Source of the DNA: Escherichia phage vB_Eco_AL25
Strand: one strand, 5' to 3'
Length of the DNA stretch: 64,000 nucleotides
Sequence record: OW991345
Part shown: positions 59,256 through 64,000 of the stretch, one piece after another
Position numbering within the stretch: position 1 is the first letter of the stretch
How the letters are laid out: each line of letters opens with the position of its first letter
Program-made: the position numbers and the translations under genes
The notes under the pieces: generated by a model
What the model saw: the letters and a program-made list of their open reading frames with translations, nothing else
What the model was told of the DNA's origin: nothing
The model's database searches: none

Positions 59256-60575
59256 ATGTATAAAAGTACTACTAAGCTGCCACTAAATCCTGGTCAAGAG
59301 GCAGCGGCAGAAGGCTTCTTCGACTTTCTGCTCGACCCCAATGCTTCTGAACTTCGTATTAGTGGACCTGGTGGTACAGGCAAGACATTTACAATGGCTC
59401 ATATGATTGACGAGATTATGCCCCGTTATCATGAGACATGTAGTCTGATGGGAATCCCTGCTCTCTATAACGAAGTTATTATGACTGCTACTACTAATAA
59501 GGCAGCAGAAGTATTAGCCCGTGCAACAGGGCGTCCTACGTCTACCTATCATTCCTTTCAAGGTCTGACAGTACGGAATAACCTAAAGACTGGGGAAGCA
59601 GACCTGATTCCGTCTAAGTCCTTCAGTATCAAAAAGAATAAGGTCATTTTTATTGATGAAGCATCAATGATTGACCGTAAACTGAAGAAGTTTATTAACG
59701 AAGGTACTCACCAAAGTAAGATTGTTTACTTAGGTGATAAATGCCAATTGTTACCTGTAAAGGAAACTTCTTCACCTGTCTACAATGACAGTAGCATTAA
59801 AGAGTTTATGCTGACCCAGCAGATGCGTACTGATGTCCCTGAACTCCATGCACTGCATGAACAACTTCGTGGAACCATTGAAGGTAAGCACGGATTCCTG
59901 CCTATTAAAGCAGTTCCAGGTATTATCGACTGGATTGAAGATGGTGATGAAATGAGAAAAGAAGTCGAAGGTCATTTCATGACTAAGACTGACACTCGTA
60001 TTGTTGCCTATACCAACCAACAGGTTGTTAACTATAACACCTTCATTCGAGCCATGAATGGATTCCACGGAGAGTTCTGTATTGGTGAAGAGTTAGTAAG
60101 TAACTCTGCTATTCAGATTGGTGCTGGTGACCGCCTCAGTATTGAACAGGAATGCCAGATTGTTGACCAGGATTCTGCTACTCGTAAGATTCTGATTGAT
60201 TCCTCTGGCATCGAATTAGAAGTACGTGATTGCACCCTGGATACTGGTTATGGTGGTGTCTTTGAAGGTATCCCTATTCCGGTAGATATGGATTATTTCA
60301 TTCGTTTGCAAAAGTACTATGCACACCAAAAGAACTGGGAACGTCACTTCTATTTGAAAGAAACATTCCCTGAACTTCGAGCATTACATGCTTCTACTGT
60401 GCATAAGTCTCAAGGTTCTACCTACGACACCATCTTTATTGATGCTACTGATTTATCTACTTGCCGTCAGCCTGATGTAGTAGCACGTCTGCTTTATGTA
60501 GCAGTATCTCGTGCTCGTCATCGTGTTGTGTTCTATGGCTCTTTGGCAGAGAAATTTGGTGGTCTGGTTCGCTAA
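59256..60575 (+). CDS. SF1 DNA helicase (Dda/RecD-like), 439 aa
   Basis: Walker A GPGGTGKT; Walker B IFIDEASM; STVHKSQGSTYD motif. Confidence 0.8.
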   Translation: MYKSTTKLPLNPGQEAAAEGFFDFLLDPNASELRISGPGGTGKTFTMAHMIDEIMPRYHETCSLMGIPALYNEVIMTATTNKAAEVLARATGRPTSTYHSFQGLTVRNNLKTGEADLIPSKSFSIKKNKVIFIDEASMIDRKLKKFINEGTHQSKIVYLGDKCQLLPVKETSSPVYNDSSIKEFMLTQQMRTDVPELHALHEQLRGTIEGKHGFLPIKAVPGIIDWIEDGDEMRKEVEGHFMTKTDTRIVAYTNQQVVNYNTFIRAMNGFHGEFCIGEELVSNSAIQIGAGDRLSIEQECQIVDQDSATRKILIDSSGIELEVRDCTLDTGYGGVFEGIPIPVDMDYFIRLQKYYAHQKNWERHFYLKETFPELRALHASTVHKSQGSTYDTIFIDATDLSTCRQPDVVARLLYVAVSRARHRVVFYGSLAEKFGGLVR

Positions 60576-60584
60576 GGAGAACTT

Positions 60585-61112
60585 ATGCAACTGGGTGAAA
60601 AACAAATCCGTGAAATGACTAATAGTAGTGAACTGGTTCAGGAATTATTCTTAGCCGAGTTACGTCGGCTAGATAAAGTACTGGATAGTATCATTACACG
60701 TAATGGGGAAACATTCGCTGTATACAACTCAACAGGGTTCCTGTATTTAGGGGAGTTCTATTCGAGTTCCCGTTCATCACAACAACCCCCTTCTGGTCAT
60801 CGTCTGGCTCTAGCTAATCACCTACTGGATGATATGCGGGAGTATCTGGAACAAGCAGGTAAACTTCTGCTAGAAGTCCATATGGTAAATCAGATGGTCT
60901 TTCGTCTGGTTCAGGGCTGTAAGACTTATCAAGACGTTCGTGATGCATTGCCAGAATGCCTCATTGCTATGGATAAACAGGGTCATCTGAAATCCTTACA
61001 GAGAACCAGAAAGGCAGCATTTACTCTGGATAATGATGCTATGGCTCTCCGTCAGTATGAGAAAATCTTACCGATTATCGAATACTATGCGGGAACCCAT
61101 CTTATCTTTTGA
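60585..61112 (+). CDS. hypothetical protein, 175 aa
   Basis: ORF between helicase and polymerase. Confidence 0.5.
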   Translation: MQLGEKQIREMTNSSELVQELFLAELRRLDKVLDSIITRNGETFAVYNSTGFLYLGEFYSSSRSSQQPPSGHRLALANHLLDDMREYLEQAGKLLLEVHMVNQMVFRLVQGCKTYQDVRDALPECLIAMDKQGHLKSLQRTRKAAFTLDNDAMALRQYEKILPIIEYYAGTHLIF

Positions 61113-61119
61113 GGTCTGT

Positions 61120-63060
61120 ATGCGTCACATTACATTCAACAATGAGGGTATCTACCCTATTGCTATCCTTACTACAACGTTACGTAAGGATGATATTGTC
61201 AAAGCATACATGGAACCCTGGGATGTAGATAAAGATTCAGTAATGATTCTTGAACTTCATACAGCCCCAGGGAAAAAGAAAACTCCTGCTAAAGAGATGC
61301 AGGAGTTTATTACCCAAGAATTAGTGCCAGCATTAGAAGCAGCACAAACTCAGTATATCATCTGTGGTGATTCTGAATATTACAAACAGCTAACCAAACA
61401 AGGTAAAGCTGATGCCAATATTGGCTATGTAATGGATTGTGCTTATGGGAACCAGAAAGTTATTTACGTTCCCAATTACAGACAAATCTTTTATGACCCG
61501 GATAAGGTAAAGACTAAGATTGCTTTATCTATGCAGGCTCTGATTGATTATGTCTCTGGTTCTTATGTTGAGCCAGGAACTAAGATTATCCACTATGCTG
61601 ATTATCCATTAACTCCAGAAGCTATATCTAAGTGGTTAGATAAGTTACTGGAGATGAATGTTCCGTTAGCAGTGGATATAGAAACTTTCAGTCTGAAGCA
61701 TTATGACTGTGGTATAGGCACTATTACATTCTGCTGGAACAAGCACGAAGGGATAGCATTCCCTGTGGATTATGAACCAATTGAGGGAGCTACTGAAGCT
61801 CCTTATGGTAGACAAGTTCACAACATGCTTGTTCGTTCCATGCTCAGGGACTTTTTTATTAAGTATCTGAACAGGCAGATGTATCACAATATTGCCTTTG
61901 ACGTATATGCACTCATTTACCAGTTATTTATGACAGACCTTCTGGATACGGAAGGGTTGTTGCATGGCATGAGTATCATGCTAAGAAACTGGGATTGCAC
62001 TAAGTTAATTACCTATCTGGCCACTAATTCTTGTGCTGGTAATAAGCTAAGTCTTAAAGACCAGGCTCAGGAATATGCTGGTAACTATGCTCAAGAAGAA
62101 ATCAATGACATTACCAGAATCCCATTAGCAGAGTTGTTGGAATACAACTTAGTGGATGGATTATGTACCTGGTATGTCTATGAAAAGCATTGGGATACTC
62201 TGGTTAATGACCAACAGTTAGATGTTTATACAAACATCTTTAAACCTGCATGTGAAGATATTATTCAAATGCAGTTAACTGGTATGCCTATCAATATGAA
62301 GACAGTATTGGAGGTAGAAGAAGCATTAACCCAAGACTATAACAATGCGTTAAAAACGATTGCTGACAGTAAAGTAATCAAAGATTTTACCCGTCTTCTT
62401 AATGAAGAATGGGTAGAAAAACAGAACCAGATTCTGAAGAAGAAACGAGTAACTTTAGCTGATGCTAAAGAGCAGTTTAATCCAAACTCAGGTATTCAAT
62501 TACAGAAGCTACTTTTTGAGTTTCTGGAGTTACCCGTACTGGGTCTGACTGCAAGTAAACTACCTGCTACTGGTAGTGGCATACTCAAGTCTTTGAAGAA
62601 CCATACTCAAGATACCAGTATTCTGGAAATTCTTGATGCTCTGATTGATTACAAAGCTGTAGATAAAATTCTGACAGCATTCATCCCAGCATTAAAAAAT
62701 GCCAGACAAGGACCAGATGGTTGGCATTATCTCTTTGGTAATCTGAACTTAGGTGGGACTGTATCAGGTCGTCTATCCAGTAGTGAACCAAACCTACAGA
62801 ACCTACCTTCTGGTTCCAGATATGCCAAGATGATTAAGAAATGCTTTGAGGCTCCCCCTGGGTGGATATTCTGTGGGCTAGACTTTGCTTCTCTCGAAGA
62901 CCGTATATCTGCTTTAACAACCAAAGACCCTAACAAGCTGAAGGTGTACATGGGTGTGACTGTTTATACAGTTACTATAGAAGGAGTTGACCATCATATC
63001 CGAGATGATGATACAATCGTTTATGATGGTAAAACTTATACCGGTGAGGAGTTACCCTAA
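61120..63060 (+). CDS. family A DNA polymerase, N-terminal part (3'-5' exonuclease domain through motif A); frame ends inside a 127-bp tandem duplication
   Basis: Exo I LAVDIETFSL, Exo II HNIAFDVYAL, motif A GLDFASLEDRI; RBS GAGG; terminates at TAA 63058-63060 (would run to TGA 63209-63211 with one repeat copy removed). Confidence 0.8.
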   Translation: MRHITFNNEGIYPIAILTTTLRKDDIVKAYMEPWDVDKDSVMILELHTAPGKKKTPAKEMQEFITQELVPALEAAQTQYIICGDSEYYKQLTKQGKADANIGYVMDCAYGNQKVIYVPNYRQIFYDPDKVKTKIALSMQALIDYVSGSYVEPGTKIIHYADYPLTPEAISKWLDKLLEMNVPLAVDIETFSLKHYDCGIGTITFCWNKHEGIAFPVDYEPIEGATEAPYGRQVHNMLVRSMLRDFFIKYLNRQMYHNIAFDVYALIYQLFMTDLLDTEGLLHGMSIMLRNWDCTKLITYLATNSCAGNKLSLKDQAQEYAGNYAQEEINDITRIPLAELLEYNLVDGLCTWYVYEKHWDTLVNDQQLDVYTNIFKPACEDIIQMQLTGMPINMKTVLEVEEALTQDYNNALKTIADSKVIKDFTRLLNEEWVEKQNQILKKKRVTLADAKEQFNPNSGIQLQKLLFEFLELPVLGLTASKLPATGSGILKSLKNHTQDTSILEILDALIDYKAVDKILTAFIPALKNARQGPDGWHYLFGNLNLGGTVSGRLSSSEPNLQNLPSGSRYAKMIKKCFEAPPGWIFCGLDFASLEDRISALTTKDPNKLKVYMGVTVYTVTIEGVDHHIRDDDTIVYDGKTYTGEELP

Positions 63061-63180
63061 CAAGCTGAAGGTGTACATGGGTGTGACTGTTTATACAGTT
63101 ACTATAGAAGGAGTTGACCATCATATCCGAGATGATGATACAATCGTTTATGATGGTAAAACTTATACCGGTGAGGAGTT
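62927..63180. repeat. exact 2 x 127-bp tandem direct duplication
   Basis: 62927-63053 identical to 63054-63180 by base-by-base reading; flanks differ. Confidence 0.9.
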
Positions 63181-63780
63181 CTATGACGCTTTTACCCGTG
63201 GCCTTCTATGAACAACGGTATAAGATTTCCGATGAAGGTTTCATCTTAAATCTTGCAAACAATCAACCCCTAAAACCGACTCTCAATCCTAACGGATACC
63301 TTAAGGTTGGGTTAGCTAATGGGGATGGTACACATCACCAAGAGCTACTTCATATTCTGGTAGCTAAACACTTCATCCCTAATCCTTATGGCTATGAACA
63401 GGTGAACCATAAAGATGGTAATAAACTGCATTGTCATAAGGATAATCTGGAATGGTGCTCTGCTACTCAGAATGTTGAACATGCACTTAAAACAAGGCTA
63501 CGTCCTGGTTACATGTCTGCTGACGATAAAGAAAAGTATCTCTTTGAGGTGCTGGCAGGTAAGCAAGTTAAAGACATTGCTTTTGAAATAGGTAGACGTC
63601 CTGAAACTTTGCATAAGATGCTCAGAACTACTGCTGACCGACTTGGTGTTCGAAATGAGTGGGATGATGTTATGAGGAGAAATAGAAAAGATGTTGCTTT
63701 ACGACAGCTTGCCAAAATCAACTCATGACTTCACTGGCAAGAAAATTGACAACGTAGTCAAAGCCGGGAGTTCATCAGGT
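63083..63780 (+). mobile_element. HNH homing-endonuclease insertion interrupting the DNA polymerase gene (group I intron or free-standing HEG); boundaries approximate
   Basis: Polymerase motif A upstream, motif-B-like KAPTFALTYQG downstream in another ORF; HNH ORF in between. Confidence 0.5.
63183..63728 (+). CDS. HNH homing endonuclease, 181 aa
   Basis: HHQELLH...VNHKDGNKLHCHKDNLEWCSATQNVEH (HNH); C-terminal helix-turn-helix-like tail; RBS GGTGAGGAG. Confidence 0.75.
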   Translation: MTLLPVAFYEQRYKISDEGFILNLANNQPLKPTLNPNGYLKVGLANGDGTHHQELLHILVAKHFIPNPYGYEQVNHKDGNKLHCHKDNLEWCSATQNVEHALKTRLRPGYMSADDKEKYLFEVLAGKQVKDIAFEIGRRPETLHKMLRTTADRLGVRNEWDDVMRRNRKDVALRQLAKINS

Positions 63781-64000
63781 TACGATGGGCATAGTCTTCG
63801 TGCATATGCTTACTTCGGTGAGATGATGCCCGACATTAAAGATACGGTAGAGTCTGTTAATTCTATTCAGGAGAAGTACAAAGCATATCGTCAGGATTCT
63901 AAAGCACCTACCTTTGCTCTTACCTATCAGGGTACGTACATCACTTTGATGAAGAACTGTGGTTTCCCTGAACAGAAAGCTCGAATGGTTGAGGAACGTT
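63691..64000 (+). CDS. family A DNA polymerase, C-terminal part (partial; continues beyond window)
   Basis: GYDGHSLRAYAYFG and motif-B-like RQDSKAPTFALTYQG; possible ATG at 63691 with GAGGAG 11 nt upstream; open to window edge. Confidence 0.6.
   Translation, partial: MLLYDSLPKSTHDFTGKKIDNVVKAGSSSGYDGHSLRAYAYFGEMMPDIKDTVESVNSIQEKYKAYRQDSKAPTFALTYQGTYITLMKNCGFPEQKARMVEER

Noticed and set aside
62927-63180. Duplication as a target-site duplication from endonuclease homing
   Set aside because: Homing endonucleases do not generate target-site duplications, and the period of exactly 127 bp fits an assembler k-mer overlap better
62950-63790. Intein interpretation of the polymerase insertion
   Set aside because: In-frame stop codons (63058-63060, 63209-63211), and the endonuclease lies in a different frame from the polymerase, so no continuous host protein-intein fusion is possible

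Overview
This window is about 64 kb of an N4-like podophage genome (Schitoviridae); gene sizes, gene order and hairpin promoters match what I recall for Escherichia phage N4, but nothing here was verified by alignment. The layout is a circular permutation. 1-2666: 3' end of the rightward gene block, with four canonical tRNAs (Asn, Ser, Thr, Pro), unusual structured non-coding DNA, and a two-gene cassette flanked by terminators. 2667-37038: the complete leftward late block (virion RNA polymerase of 3500 aa, internal virion proteins, major capsid, scaffold, portal, lysis cassette, 1382-aa tail protein, appendage, terminase). 37039-37717: divergent junction that probably holds the physical genome ends. 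37718-64000: rightward early and middle genes (three vRNAP-type hairpin promoters, two-subunit RNAPII, Ig-like protein, SPFH lipoprotein, AAA+/VWA pair, dCTP deaminase, ThyX, rIIA/rIIB-like, Dda-like helicase, family A DNA polymerase). No integrase, repressor or CRISPR array was seen, so this looks like a lytic phage. Top second-look items: (1) a ~0.7-kb HNH homing-endonuclease insertion splitting the DNA polymerase between motifs A and B; (2) an exact 127-bp tandem duplication in the same gene, probably an assembly artefact; (3) a DUF2829 (Tad2-like) tandem-domain protein in a terminator-insulated cassette; (4) long inverted repeats and tRNA-like remnants in the tRNA cluster. Product calls rest on motifs read from the ORF translations plus synteny recalled from memory.
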